Position numbers and translations under genes: made by a program | Part shown: positions 1 through 9,387 of the stretch, one piece after another | How positions within the stretch are numbered: the first letter of the stretch is position 1 | How the letters are laid out: every line of letters starts with the position of its first letter | DNA from: Nitrosopumilaceae archaeon | GTDB taxonomy: Archaea > Thermoproteota > Nitrososphaeria > Nitrososphaerales > Nitrosopumilaceae | Direction: 5' to 3' | Assembly (NCBI GenBank): GCA_965203465.1 | Contig: CBDBCR010000003.1 | Span: 864,001 to 928,000, forward strand | Length of the DNA stretch: 64,000 nt | Notes under the pieces: generated by a model | What the model saw: the letters and a program-made list of their open reading frames with translations, nothing else | Database searches by the model: none | What the model was told of the DNA's origin: nothing

Positions 1-1401
1 CCGTGTCGGATATCTCCAGGCTGGCAGCCGACGCGGCCGCGCCCAAGCCCGACAGGTCCTCCGCGGCGCCCTGCCCGAAGCGCAGGTGCGGCGCCGCGTA
101 CACGGCGCCGGCCTGCCGGAGCGTCTCTGAAAGCTGTACCGTGATACGGGCGTCCAGATCGCCCGACGACGTAATCTGCGAGCCGGTCAGCGCGGTGCCG
201 CCCGTCGTAAAGGGGCCGTCGGCCATGAAGATCTTTGCCAAGTCCGCAGAATCCCCGACCCGCTCGTCGAACGCGATCGCCAGCACCCCGGTGGCCTCGT
301 CGAGGGCCGCCGAGACGGCCACCGGGCCCGTGGCGTCCGGCGTCGGGGCGGGCACCGGCGTCCGGGACGCGGCGAGCGCAAGCTGCCCGCCGGCGGGCCT
401 GAACGCGTCTGCGCCCACCAGAATCTCCAGATCCGACATGCCTTGGACGGCCGTTTTCTGCGCGGGGGTCAGCCCGATCGTGGCGGTGATGGAGCTGATC
501 GCGATCGAGGCGCCCCCCAGGGCCAGCGAGGGCGAGCCGTCCCGCTCGCGGATAGTCATCTTTGAGAGCGTGTCGGCCTCGGCAGTGTGCGCGGCCACGT
601 CCCCGCTGAAAACGAGCGTCAGCTTGGCCGCGGCGCGGTTGCTCGCGCTGCCCGGATCGGCGTCGGCCGTAAAGTTGTTCAGGTCGACTGCCGCCGAGCG
701 GAGCGCGATATTCGAGAACAGCGGCGCGGAGCGCGAGGCCGAGGCGGGCCGGTCGGACAGGTCGTCTACGGCGCCCGCGTCGATGCGCAGGTGCGGATCC
801 GAGTATCCCAGGACGGCCGCCAGCGTGGCCGAGCTCAGCTCTACGGAGAGGCCGGCGTCGGCGTCGGACGCGGACGTCACCGAAGAGGAGGACAGCGGCG
901 TGCCGCCGGCGGCGAACGGGCCGTCGTTGACGAATATTTTGGCCAGGTCCGCCGAGCCGTCCTTTACCGCCTCGTCGAACGCGACGGTCAGCACCCCGGC
1001 GCCCTCGTCGAGGGCAGCCGAGACGGCCACCGGGCCCGTGGCGTCCGGCGTCGGGGCGGGGGCCGATATCGTCTGCGCGGTGAGCGCAAGCTGCCCGCCT
1101 GCGATCCTGAACGCGTCTGCGCCTATCAGGATCTCGATGTCCTGCATGTCTTGGACTGCCAGTTTCTGCGCGGGGGTCAGCCCTACAGTGACGGCGCTAG
1201 AGCTGATCTCGATCGTGGCGCCCTCCAGGGTAAGCGAGGGCGAGCCGTCCCGGTCGCGGATAGTCATCTTTGAGAGCGTGTCGGCCGCGCTCGTGTGCGC
1301 TTCCACGTTCGCGCCAAAGCCGAGCTCGATCTTGGCCGCGCTGCGGTTGCTCGCGCTGGCCGGATCGGCGTCGGTCGTAAAGTTGTTCAGGTCGACGGCA
1401 G
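1..1401. repeat. Intragenic tandem duplication, period 708 bp (236 aa)
   Basis: AGACGGCCACCGGGCCCGTGGCGTCCGGCGTCGGGGCGGG at 313 and 1021. AGTTGTTCAGGTCGAC at ~673 and 1381. Confidence 0.85.
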
Positions 1402-3241
1402 CCGAGGTCAGGGCGACGGCCGAGGTCAGGGCCATTTCGATCCTCGGCGTCGGGTTGCCCGACCTGTCCTGCCAGAGGCCCGCGGGGGCCGACATGTCCA
1501 CGCCGCCGGCAAACTGCCCCACCGTCCGGGCCTGCTCGGCCGAGAGCGGGACGGTGAGCGTGCGCGCCGAGGCCCCGACTGCCGCCGGCGCGGCCAGCTG
1601 GACCGGGCCGCCCGGGCCGGGCGCGGCAGCCGAGAGCGTGACGGTGCCGGATCCGACGGGCGGCTCGTCGAACTTGAGGATCAGCTGCCTGTTGTCCGCG
1701 CTCAGCCCGGCCTCGAACAGCCGCGGGGGCGCGTCGTCTACGAGTTTGAGGACCTGTAGGCCCGAGGCGCGGTAGTATGAGGAGACTATCGAAAACAGCC
1801 CCAGGTCGTTCCTGAACGTGTCCATGCCCGTGATGCTACCCTCGGGGCCGACCGAGGGGTCGGTTAGCAGCGCGCCGCCGCTGCTGTCCAGCGTGGCGGC
1901 CACCAGCGGGTTTGCAGGATCCGTCACGTCTATGGCCTGAAACCCGTTGTTGTCGGTGGAAAAGCGGTCGATGCTGTTGGAGGCCAGCAGGTACGTGTTC
2001 TGCCCCACCGTGACGGTCTTTAGCTCCCCCACCAGCCCGAGCTCCGTGAACCCGGCGCCCAGCTCGTCGGCGTCGGTCAGCGTGGCCGCCGTGGTGGGCG
2101 AAGATATCGTGCGGACGTGCCTCGGGTTTGCAGGGTCCGTGACGTCCAGTATGTACACGCCCGGGACGGGCGGGGCCAGTTCGTAGTGTTCGGTCGAGCC
2201 GCCCACGGCCGCGTACGTGCGCCCGTCCAGCGTGAACGTCGTGGCCGCGCCGGTCGGCTTCATCCTGTCGGACTGCCAGCTGCCTTCGACGGCGAGCTTG
2301 CCGTCCGATCTGACGCTAAAGATGTCGCACGCGGACGACTGGTACGAGGGGTTGTCGCAGGCCAGCAGGTACGTCGTGCCTCCCATCGTGAACGGCTCCA
2401 CGGTGTATTTGTTGTCCGTGCCGGCGCCGGCCCTGCCGTACGTGTTGCCGTTGAGATCCTGCACGCCGGACACCATGCGGTCTGCCAAGGACAGGCTCCC
2501 GTCCGTCGAGACGGCCAGCACCAGCAGGCCTCTGCTCAAGTATTGGCCGACCGCCAAGAACGCGTTGCCTCCCGCCTCGAAAGGCTGCACGGTCCACGGA
2601 GCGAGCGGGACTTGGCCGTCGGCAATGCGGGGGCCGAAGCGGAAGTCCACGGAGCCTCCCGATTCTACGACCTCGACCAGCTGCAGGGTCCGCGTGAACG
2701 TGGGCCCCGCGTGTCCGGTTACCGGCAGGAACGTCCTGCTACCCGCACTGAACGCATCCGAGACGTATATGATCGTGCCTGCGAATTGCCCCCCGGCCGG
2801 GTCGCGCTTGCCCTGCTTTGCCTCCGTCACGGTAGAGAGCGAGACCGAGCCGGAGTCTCCGATGCGCAGCACGGACAGGGTGTTTTCGCCGCCCGGCGAG
2901 ACGCGATCGGCCGGGCGGATGTTTATGCGGTAGTTGTTTCCGGCTAGATGCCCGCCTTCGCCCGCGTATTCTTGCGAATGGGTGAACCCCTGCAAGTCGC
3001 TGTAAAAGCTGGCAGTAAACGGAGTGGTGGTCGAGACCGCGGCGTACTGCTCGCCGCCGAACTCGAACACGACGACGTTGTTGGCGCCGTAGAGCCGCAG
3101 GCCCGTCGGATCGGAAGGGGAACTGTTCAAATCCAGCACGTGCGTCGCCGAAGAGACGGTGAGCGTGGCCGCGTCGGCGGCGGGGGCGGCAAGCGCAAAG
3201 CATGCAGCGGCCGCCAGCACGGCGAGCGCGCGGATGGTCAC
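1..3241 (-). CDS. Large secreted/surface protein with LVIVD-type beta-propeller repeats and tandem Ig-like repeats (3'-partial, runs off window)
   Basis: Hand translation from GTG 3241: MTIRALAVLAAAACFALAAPAADAATLTV (signal peptide), then YILDVTDPANP / FQAIDVTDPANP motifs and DATGPVAVSAALDEGAGVLTVAFDE repeats. Missing from the ORF track, probably because no stop falls inside the window. The + strand ORFs here are antisense shadows, all in one consistent register. Confidence 0.85.
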   Translation of the reverse strand, partial: MTIRALAVLAAAACFALAAPAADAATLTVSSATHVLDLNSSPSDPTGLRLYGANNVVVFEFGGEQYAAVSTTTPFTASFYSDLQGFTHSQEYAGEGGHLAGNNYRINIRPADRVSPGGENTLSVLRIGDSGSVSLSTVTEAKQGKRDPAGGQFAGTIIYVSDAFSAGSRTFLPVTGHAGPTFTRTLQLVEVVESGGSVDFRFGPRIADGQVPLAPWTVQPFEAGGNAFLAVGQYLSRGLLVLAVSTDGSLSLADRMVSGVQDLNGNTYGRAGAGTDNKYTVEPFTMGGTTYLLACDNPSYQSSACDIFSVRSDGKLAVEGSWQSDRMKPTGAATTFTLDGRTYAAVGGSTEHYELAPPVPGVYILDVTDPANPRHVRTISSPTTAATLTDADELGAGFTELGLVGELKTVTVGQNTYLLASNSIDRFSTDNNGFQAIDVTDPANPLVAATLDSSGGALLTDPSVGPEGSITGMDTFRNDLGLFSIVSSYYRASGLQVLKLVDDAPPRLFEAGLSADNRQLILKFDEPPVGSGTVTLSAAAPGPGGPVQLAAPAAVGASARTLTVPLSAEQARTVGQFAGGVDMSAPAGLWQDRSGNPTPRIEMALTSAVALTSAAVDLNNFTTDADPASASNRSAAKIELGFGANVEAHTSAADTLSKMTIRDRDGSPSLTLEGATIEISSSAVTVGLTPAQKLAVQDMQDIEILIGADAFRIAGGQLALTAQTISAPAPTPDATGPVAVSAALDEGAGVLTVAFDEAVKDGSADLAKIFVNDGPFAAGGTPLSSSSVTSASDADAGLSVELSSATLAAVLGYSDPHLRIDAGAVDDLSDRPASASRSAPLFSNIALRSAAVDLNNFTADADPGSASNRAAAKLTLVFSGDVAAHTAEADTLSKMTIRERDGSPSLALGGASIAISSITATIGLTPAQKTAVQGMSDLEILVGADAFRPAGGQLALAASRTPVPAPTPDATGPVAVSAALDEATGVLAIAFDERVGDSADLAKIFMADGPFTTGGTALTGSQITSSGDLDARITVQLSETLRQAGAVYAAPHLRFGQGAAEDLSGLGAAASAASLEISDT

Positions 3242-3260
3242 CGAACCGGGCAGTCCGGAA

Positions 3261-3271
3261 CCCCCCCCCCC
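3261..3271 (-). repeat. G11 homopolymer in the 5' end of the surface-protein gene
   Basis: 11 C on the + strand, lying between GTG 3300 and the signal-peptide coding region. Confidence 0.9.
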
Positions 3272-3336
3272 ACGGAAGAAAAGCACGCGGTTCTGGCCAC
3301 TGCCCGGGCGCCTCCGGGTGCCGTATTTAACAATGC

Positions 3337-3666
3337 CTAGGCCGCCAAGGCCCTATCTATCATGCCCTTGTACAGGTCCTTGCTGGCCGCGCCCACCTGC
3401 TTGGCCGCCTCCTGGCCGCCCTTTATGACCACGAGGGTGGGTATGCTGAAGACCTGGTACTTTGAGGCCAGCTCGGAGGCCTGATCCACGTTGACCTTTA
3501 CGAACTTTACGCGCCCGTCGTACTCGCCCGCCAGCTCTTCGACGATGGGCCCCACCATACGGCACGGCCCGCACCACTCGGCCCAAAAGTCCACGAAGAC
3601 GGGCACCTGCGAGCCGAGCACCTCGGATTCCCACTCTTTGGGATCGGTTATCTGGGCGACAGCCAT
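3337..3666 (-). CDS. trxA: Thioredoxin
   Basis: VFVDFWAEWCGPC active site. Start moved to ATG 3666 (MAVAQITD). Confidence 0.95.
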   Translation of the reverse strand: MAVAQITDPKEWESEVLGSQVPVFVDFWAEWCGPCRMVGPIVEELAGEYDGRVKFVKVNVDQASELASKYQVFSIPTLVVIKGGQEAAKQVGAASKDLYKGMIDRALAA

Positions 3667-3736
3667 CGGGCGGCGGCCGCGGTTCGGCCCTAAATATGTT
3701 GATAGATACTTAAATGGCCTCCGCGGGGCCCACCCC

Positions 3737-4492
3737 GTGAGCGAGATGCGCCTCAAAAAGCTGCGCGGCTCCGGCGGGTACGTCATGGCCCAGGTGACCG
3801 ACGAGCAGCAGCGCGAGGGGAGCCTTGGGGGGCCCGACCTGTTCCTGGCCCCGATAGGCAGGCTCGATTCTGCATCCATATCCAAGTACCACTGCAATAC
3901 CTGCGAGAAGGACTTTGAGGGCAGCCCCGAGATCGAGTACCAGAACCCCAACGAGCAGGTGGCCGAGAACCTCACCCTCCTCGAGCGCGGCCAGTACAAG
4001 TGCCAATGCGGTTCTCCGATAGCAGAGTACCGCAAGTTCAGCAAGGGCGACGAGACGCGCGATGCCGGCGCCGCCTACAAGGCCGACCAGATAACGCAGG
4101 CCCCGCCGCAGCAGCAGCCGCCCCCGCAGCAGCAGCCGCGGCCCGAGCCCCGGGCCGAGCCGGCCCGGCCCGAGCCCCGGATCGAGCAGCGGCCCCAAGA
4201 GCCCGAGGCCACGTCGATCAATGCGATAGCCGGAATGGAAGTGTACGACGAGGACGCCAGGAAGGTGGGCACCGCCGTGCAGGTGGGCGTCGATTCTTCG
4301 CACAGCATAGTGCTGGTCATATCCGGGGACGGCGGCGCGAAGACGGCCGTCCCGTGGGCCTCGGTCAAGAAGGTGGGCCAGATAATACTGCTCGGCGGCG
4401 CGGCCGCGGCGCCCGAGCCGGGCAGGTGCAAGTGCGGGTTCGTCAACAAGCCCGGCGCGAAGTTCTGCGAAGAGTGCGGCACCAGCGTCTAG
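3737..4492 (+). CDS. Zinc-ribbon / PRC-barrel domain protein
   Basis: CNTC...CQC, a PRC-barrel-like segment (GMEVYDEDARKVG...VPWASVKKVG) and a C-terminal CKCG...FCEECG double zinc ribbon. TTAAAT box ~25 nt upstream of GTG 3737. Confidence 0.8.
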   Translation: MSEMRLKKLRGSGGYVMAQVTDEQQREGSLGGPDLFLAPIGRLDSASISKYHCNTCEKDFEGSPEIEYQNPNEQVAENLTLLERGQYKCQCGSPIAEYRKFSKGDETRDAGAAYKADQITQAPPQQQPPPQQQPRPEPRAEPARPEPRIEQRPQEPEATSINAIAGMEVYDEDARKVGTAVQVGVDSSHSIVLVISGDGGAKTAVPWASVKKVGQIILLGGAAAAPEPGRCKCGFVNKPGAKFCEECGTSV

Positions 4493-4506
4493 CGGGGGCC
4501 GGCGCG

Positions 4507-5640
4507 GTGCTGACCGGATCAAGGTTCAGGCCCATAGTAAAGGACGCGATCATCGTGGCCGTCGGCGTCGCCATAATCTGGGGCTCGCTGATGGCCGTCT
4601 TCGGCACGCAGAACCCGTTCTACGTCGTCTCCAGCGGCAGCATGATACCGGCCCTGCAGGTCTACGACATCATCGTGGTGCAGGGCAACGATCCGTTCGA
4701 GGGGGTGGAGGTGGGCGACATCATAGTATTCGACAGGCCCTCGGACCGCTCGAGGGTCATAGTGCACAGGGTGGCCGCGATCACCGACGAGGATCCGTAC
4801 ACGGTCCGCACGCAGGGCGACGCCAACCCCGCGCCGATACCGGGCACCGACTACCCGGTCACCGCGGAAGAGTACATCGGCACGGTCGTGTACTCGGTGC
4901 CGCACGTCGGGTTCGTCACGCGCATATTCGCCTACCAGATAGGCGGCGTGCCGCTCAACTACATCCTGATAGCCATAATCGTCGGGGCCGTGATCGCGAG
5001 GCAGGTGCTCGGCAAGCCGAAGCCTAGGGGGCCGTCCTACGAAAAGGCGCTCTCGCAGGCCAGGGCCCACCTGGCCGAGAGCGGCGTGGACGACCGCTTC
5101 TCCCTAGAGTACGCCCGCAGGGGCTCGGCCATGCCCGCCGTCGAGGCGGGCTGGCCGCGCGCGCAAGAGCTGGAAAGGGCCGCGCGGTCGGGCAGGTGGG
5201 CCGACTACGAGCGCATCTACGACGAGTACGTCGCCGAAAAGCTGCCCTCGAGGCTCGCCGAGGTCCGGGCGCAGAGGGCCGCGGCGCAGGCCTACAACGA
5301 GCACGTGCGCGCCATGGTGGCGCGCGGCGCGCCGGTCTATGCGTTCGTCGAGCCGGGCGGGCTGCCCGCCGTCGGGCCGGCCCCGGCCACCTTCGACGGG
5401 CGCAGGAAAGAGAGGGGCATGGTCAGGGTCACGCTCGACTCCTCGAGGATCTCGGGCGGCGCGAGGCTCTCGCCCTCGGTGGCAAGGTGCGGGCCCGCCG
5501 GCCTCGACCCCGGCGAGCTCCAGGCGGCCGAGATCCGGGGGGACGCGCGCGGGGCCGTCACGCGCATAGAGACAGGCGGCCTGCAGCTGCCAGAGGCCGC
5601 GAAAAAGTTCGCCGCCGACAACGGCGTGCCCATCGAATAG
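4507..5640 (+). CDS. sec11: Signal peptidase I (Sec11/S26B type) with long C-terminal extension
   Basis: VVSSGSMIP (catalytic Ser), GDIIVF, IVHRV (His) and TQGDAN motifs, with flanking TM helices. Confidence 0.88.
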   Translation: MLTGSRFRPIVKDAIIVAVGVAIIWGSLMAVFGTQNPFYVVSSGSMIPALQVYDIIVVQGNDPFEGVEVGDIIVFDRPSDRSRVIVHRVAAITDEDPYTVRTQGDANPAPIPGTDYPVTAEEYIGTVVYSVPHVGFVTRIFAYQIGGVPLNYILIAIIVGAVIARQVLGKPKPRGPSYEKALSQARAHLAESGVDDRFSLEYARRGSAMPAVEAGWPRAQELERAARSGRWADYERIYDEYVAEKLPSRLAEVRAQRAAAQAYNEHVRAMVARGAPVYAFVEPGGLPAVGPAPATFDGRRKERGMVRVTLDSSRISGGARLSPSVARCGPAGLDPGELQAAEIRGDARGAVTRIETGGLQLPEAAKKFAADNGVPIE

Positions 5641-7149
5641 TCAGAGGCCGAAGACCCTCTTGAAGTACGCGTCGTGCTCGGCCGGCTCCTCGCGGTCGTC
5701 CGTGCCGGCCAGCGACTTTGCCAGGTTCTTTTTGTAGCCCAGCTGCATCTGCCTCTGTATCTGTATGCGCTGCGCCTGCGGCGAGCCGGCCCCGTGCATC
5801 GATTCGGTGAGGTACCCGACCGCGTTGCGGCCCAGCGTCATGTTCTCTATGAGGCGCAGCACCCTCATGCGGTTCTCCACATCGACGCCCTTGCGGCCGG
5901 CAAGGTACTTGCGGACCAGCCTGCCCGTCTCCGGCGAGCGCAGCTCTTTTTCGGACGGCATGGTGACCACGAGCCCGCCGGCTATGTCCTGGGCCAGCCT
6001 GCCTATCTCGTATGGGAACCGGGTGACGTTGTGCTTGCAGACCTGCGCCAGCATGTCGTCGTTGATGTAGACGCCGGAGCCGAGCCGGTGGCCCTGGTAC
6101 GACGAGGCGATGCCGGCCGCGTATATGGTCTCGTTGAGGTGCGTCATCTCGGTGAGCTTGTCCTTTATGTGCGAGACCTTGGGCACGCCGTTGTAGTCTG
6201 CTATGGTGGCCGCCGCGCCTATCAGCACGTCGCCAAGGCCCGTCTTGCAGACGTAGCTGCGCCGGTGGTAGCAGGTGAACCTCTCTACGAGCATGGAGGC
6301 GAACTCGTGCTCGCCGTCCATGAAGACGTATTCCCACGGTATGAAGACCCGGTCGAATATCATCAGCGCCTCCTGCCCGCCGAACCGCGAGTTGCCCACG
6401 TCTATGTCTCCGCCCTCCATGCTGCGCGTGTCGCACGACTGGCGGCCGTAGATGTACGTGATGCCCTCGGCGTCGGCCGGCACCGCGCCGACCACGGCCC
6501 ACTGCTTGTCCTGCTCGGTGAGCCGGATGGTGGGCATGACGATTATCCAGTGCGAGTTTATGCATCCGGTCTGGTGCGCCTTTGCGCCGGATATGTACAG
6601 GCCCTTTTCGTCGCGGTCCACCACGCGCGTGAACAGGTCGGGGTCGTCCTGCTCGGACGGCGCCTTGCTGCGGTCGCCCTTCGGGTCGGTCATGGCGCCG
6701 CCTATCACCAGGTTCTCGCGCTGCACCGCCTTTACGAACTCGAGGAACCTCTTGTGGTATCCGGTGCCGTGCTTTTGGTCTATCTCGAAGGTGGTCGAGT
6801 GCAGCGAGTTGAGCGCGTCCATGCCGACGCACCGCTGGAAGCAGGTACCCGTGTTCTGGCCCAGCTTGCGCTGCATCTTGTTCTGCCGCACCAGGTCCTG
6901 GGCGCTCTCGGCTATGTGCAGGAAGCGGTTGACCCGCAGGCCCGTTATGGAAGAATCGGCAGAGGCCAGCTCGGGCTCGCGCGCGGCCAGATCGTAGGTC
7001 TCGGCGACCGCGTTGATGGACGGCCTTATCATGGGGTGGTCGACGGGCTCCTTGACCAGCTCGCCGAACAGGTACACCCTCATATCGCGCCCGCGCAGGC
7101 TCTCTATGTAGTCGTCGCCGCTGCGGATGGTCTTGAGGACGCTGGCCAC
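5641..7149 (-). CDS. abfD: 4-hydroxybutyryl-CoA dehydratase (HP/HB carbon fixation cycle)
   Basis: TCFQRCVGMD Fe-S motif, GGAMTDPKGDRS, YHRRSYVCK and ESMHGAGSPQAQ. Start GTG 7149. Confidence 0.95.
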   Translation of the reverse strand: MASVLKTIRSGDDYIESLRGRDMRVYLFGELVKEPVDHPMIRPSINAVAETYDLAAREPELASADSSITGLRVNRFLHIAESAQDLVRQNKMQRKLGQNTGTCFQRCVGMDALNSLHSTTFEIDQKHGTGYHKRFLEFVKAVQRENLVIGGAMTDPKGDRSKAPSEQDDPDLFTRVVDRDEKGLYISGAKAHQTGCINSHWIIVMPTIRLTEQDKQWAVVGAVPADAEGITYIYGRQSCDTRSMEGGDIDVGNSRFGGQEALMIFDRVFIPWEYVFMDGEHEFASMLVERFTCYHRRSYVCKTGLGDVLIGAAATIADYNGVPKVSHIKDKLTEMTHLNETIYAAGIASSYQGHRLGSGVYINDDMLAQVCKHNVTRFPYEIGRLAQDIAGGLVVTMPSEKELRSPETGRLVRKYLAGRKGVDVENRMRVLRLIENMTLGRNAVGYLTESMHGAGSPQAQRIQIQRQMQLGYKKNLAKSLAGTDDREEPAEHDAYFKRVFGL

Positions 7150-7225
7150 TGGCCCCCCTCTCCGGCCGCCCGACGTATAAACATTGCACCGCGACAGATA
7201 ATTACTCGGCGGCGCGCCGGGCACC

Positions 7226-7870
7226 GTGGAGCCGGAGAGCATATCCGAGGCGCCGGTCAGCGTGCTGTTCGACACGGCGGCCATAAAGGGCGACGTCTGG
7301 GAGATAGACATCGTGGAGATACTCGGGATGCTCGCGCGCATCCTCGAGAGGGGCGGCAAGAAAGACCTGCGCGTGGCCGGCATGGCGGCGCTCTCCTCGT
7401 CGCTCATATACAGGATGAAGGTCGAGAGCATATTCGCCCTGCAGAGGGCCGGCGCCGACAAGAGGCGCGCGGTGCAGAGGAGGGACGTAAAGATACATCT
7501 GGTCAACATGCCGTACAGGCACGAGTCCACCTACCCCGTGACGCTCGACGACCTGCTCGGCCTGCTGGAGAGCCTGATATCGTCGATGGCCAACCCAAAG
7601 ACCTCGAGGAGGGGCCTGGACATACAGCCTGTCGAAGAGCCCGACTTTGCCGAGTACATGATAGCGCTCGAGGACGTCATAGCCGGCTACGAATCTCTGA
7701 TAATGAAGAAGGTGGGCCAGCCCGGCTGGGACGGCACTCTCCAGGACGTGGTCGCGGACCTGGGCAGGAGGGACGCGATACGGTGCTTTTTCGCAATGCT
7801 GTTCCTCGCTCGCGACGGCAGGCTGGAGCTGGAGCAGGACGGCGACGACATACGGATACGGGCGGCGTAG
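7226..7870 (+). CDS. scpA: Segregation and condensation protein A (kleisin)
   Basis: DVWEIDIV, DLRVAGMAALSSSLIYRMK, C-terminal FFAMLFLARDGRLELEQ. Adjacent to scpB. Confidence 0.88.
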   Translation: MEPESISEAPVSVLFDTAAIKGDVWEIDIVEILGMLARILERGGKKDLRVAGMAALSSSLIYRMKVESIFALQRAGADKRRAVQRRDVKIHLVNMPYRHESTYPVTLDDLLGLLESLISSMANPKTSRRGLDIQPVEEPDFAEYMIALEDVIAGYESLIMKKVGQPGWDGTLQDVVADLGRRDAIRCFFAMLFLARDGRLELEQDGDDIRIRAA

Positions 7871-7871
7871 C

Positions 7872-8411
7872 ATGGCAGACGACCCCTCGGCGCGCATAGA
7901 GGCGGCGCTGTACTCGGCGGGCAGGCCGTTGCGGCTAGAGGAGATAGTCAGGGCCTCGGGGACCGAGTCGCGCGCAAAGACCGTCGAGCTGCTCGAAAAG
8001 ATAACAAAGAGGACAAGGTCCGCGTTCCGCGCCCTCGAGGTGGCCGTGCTGCCCGACGGCACGTACGTCTTCCAGCTAAAGCCCGAGTACACCGACATCG
8101 CGCGCAGGTACGCCTCGCGGCCGGTCATATCGCGGGCAACCGGCAAGACGCTCTCGTACATCGCTTACAACCAGCCCGTCTCGACGCGCCAGCTGGTAGA
8201 GACGCGCGGCTCGGGCGTCTACGCCCACCTCAAGGAGCTGCGGCAGCTGGACTTTGTGCGGGCCGAGCGCGTCGGCAGGCTGGGCATCTACACCACGAGC
8301 GAAAAGTTCCAAAAGTACTTTGGGATACAGGGCGACGCGGACACGCTGCGCGAAAAGCTCTTCAAGAGGGTCAGGAAGGTCTCCGAATCGGTCGGCGATC
8401 CTATAAATTAG
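7872..8411 (+). CDS. scpB: Segregation and condensation protein B
   Basis: IEAALYSAGRPL, TLSYIAYNQPV, YTTSEKFQKYFGI. Confidence 0.93.
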   Translation: MADDPSARIEAALYSAGRPLRLEEIVRASGTESRAKTVELLEKITKRTRSAFRALEVAVLPDGTYVFQLKPEYTDIARRYASRPVISRATGKTLSYIAYNQPVSTRQLVETRGSGVYAHLKELRQLDFVRAERVGRLGIYTTSEKFQKYFGIQGDADTLREKLFKRVRKVSESVGDPIN

Positions 8412-8431
8412 AGCCGCCCCGGCCCCGGCCC

Positions 8432-8809
8432 ATGCGCAAGGCGGTGGAGAACTTGGCGACCAGCAAGGTTACCGGCGGAAGGCGCCACCCGCTGCGCGCC
8501 CGCAGAAAGTACGAGACGGACAGGTACCCCAACGAGGCGCTACCCGGCCCGCAGGTGACCGTCACCCGGAGGGTGCGCGGCCACGGCTCCAAGACGGCGC
8601 TAAAGACCGTCGATTTCGCCAACCTGGCCTCGGGCGGCTCCGTAAAGAAGGTGAAGATAACCAAGGTCCTGGAAAACCCCACGAACAACGACTACCGGCG
8701 CAGGGGCGTGATCACCAAGGGCGCGGTGATAGAGACCGAGGGGGGCAGGTGCCGCGTGGTGTCGCGGCCCGGCCAGGACGGCGCGGTCAACGCCGTGCCG
8801 CAGGCATGA
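8432..8809 (+). CDS. rps8e: 30S ribosomal protein S8e
   Basis: TGGRRHP...RVRG...ITKGAVIET...SRPGQDGAVNA. Confidence 0.96.
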   Translation: MRKAVENLATSKVTGGRRHPLRARRKYETDRYPNEALPGPQVTVTRRVRGHGSKTALKTVDFANLASGGSVKKVKITKVLENPTNNDYRRRGVITKGAVIETEGGRCRVVSRPGQDGAVNAVPQA

Positions 8810-9102
8810 AGGACTATTCTACGATAGTGGTCTGGCTGGACTACTTTAACAGGACGCTGCCCCGCTCGTCGGGCCGGCGCCTAAAGAAGGAGGCCTGCGT
8901 GTACGATCCGTCCATAAAGGACCTGGCCGCGGCGGCCGAGGCGGCCGGCTACAAGGTCTCCGAGACGAGGGACGGGGCCAGGTACCCGCGCAGGCCGTAC
9001 GTCAGATCCGGCTACGTGGTGGTGCCAAAGTCCGGATCCAAGGCGGCGGCCCTGGCCCGGATAGGGGCCAGGCTGGCCGATGGAAAAAAAACACACCATT
9101 AG
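8806..9102 (+). CDS. srp19: Signal recognition particle 19 kDa protein
   Basis: MKDYSTIVVWLDYFN...SSGRR...YPRRP. ATGA overlap with rps8e. Confidence 0.9.
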   Translation: MKDYSTIVVWLDYFNRTLPRSSGRRLKKEACVYDPSIKDLAAAAEAAGYKVSETRDGARYPRRPYVRSGYVVVPKSGSKAAALARIGARLADGKKTHH

Positions 9103-9156
9103 CTTAAAAAAATTTCACACCCCCCATTCAAAAGCGATCCCGGCGAGGGGTGGACG

Positions 9157-9387
9157 ATGCAGGAAGTGGGACGAGTGGCTCACCTGGCCGGGAGCGGCAG
9201 GGTGATAGTGAAACTGTCCAGGGAGGTGCCCGAGGGCGGCATACTGTACGATTCAAAGTCGGCCCGGATAGCCAGGGTGATGGAGATGATAGGGCCCGTA
9301 AAGAGCCCGTACGCCTCGGCTGCCCCGCTGACCAACAACACGAGGAGGCTGCCGGGCAGGCGGCTGTACGCGGAGGTGCCCAGATGA
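9157..9387 (+). CDS. gar1: H/ACA RNP protein Gar1/Naf1 family
   Basis: IARVMEMIGPVKSPYAS motif, in the typical position before tfb. Confidence 0.85.
   Translation: MQEVGRVAHLAGSGRVIVKLSREVPEGGILYDSKSARIARVMEMIGPVKSPYASAAPLTNNTRRLPGRRLYAEVPR

Noticed and set aside
3-2947. Long + strand ORFs (590 aa and others)
   Set aside because: They are Ser/Ala-rich antisense shadows of the minus-strand surface protein. The same applies to the many Arg/Gly/Pro-rich alternate-frame ORFs across this high-GC window.
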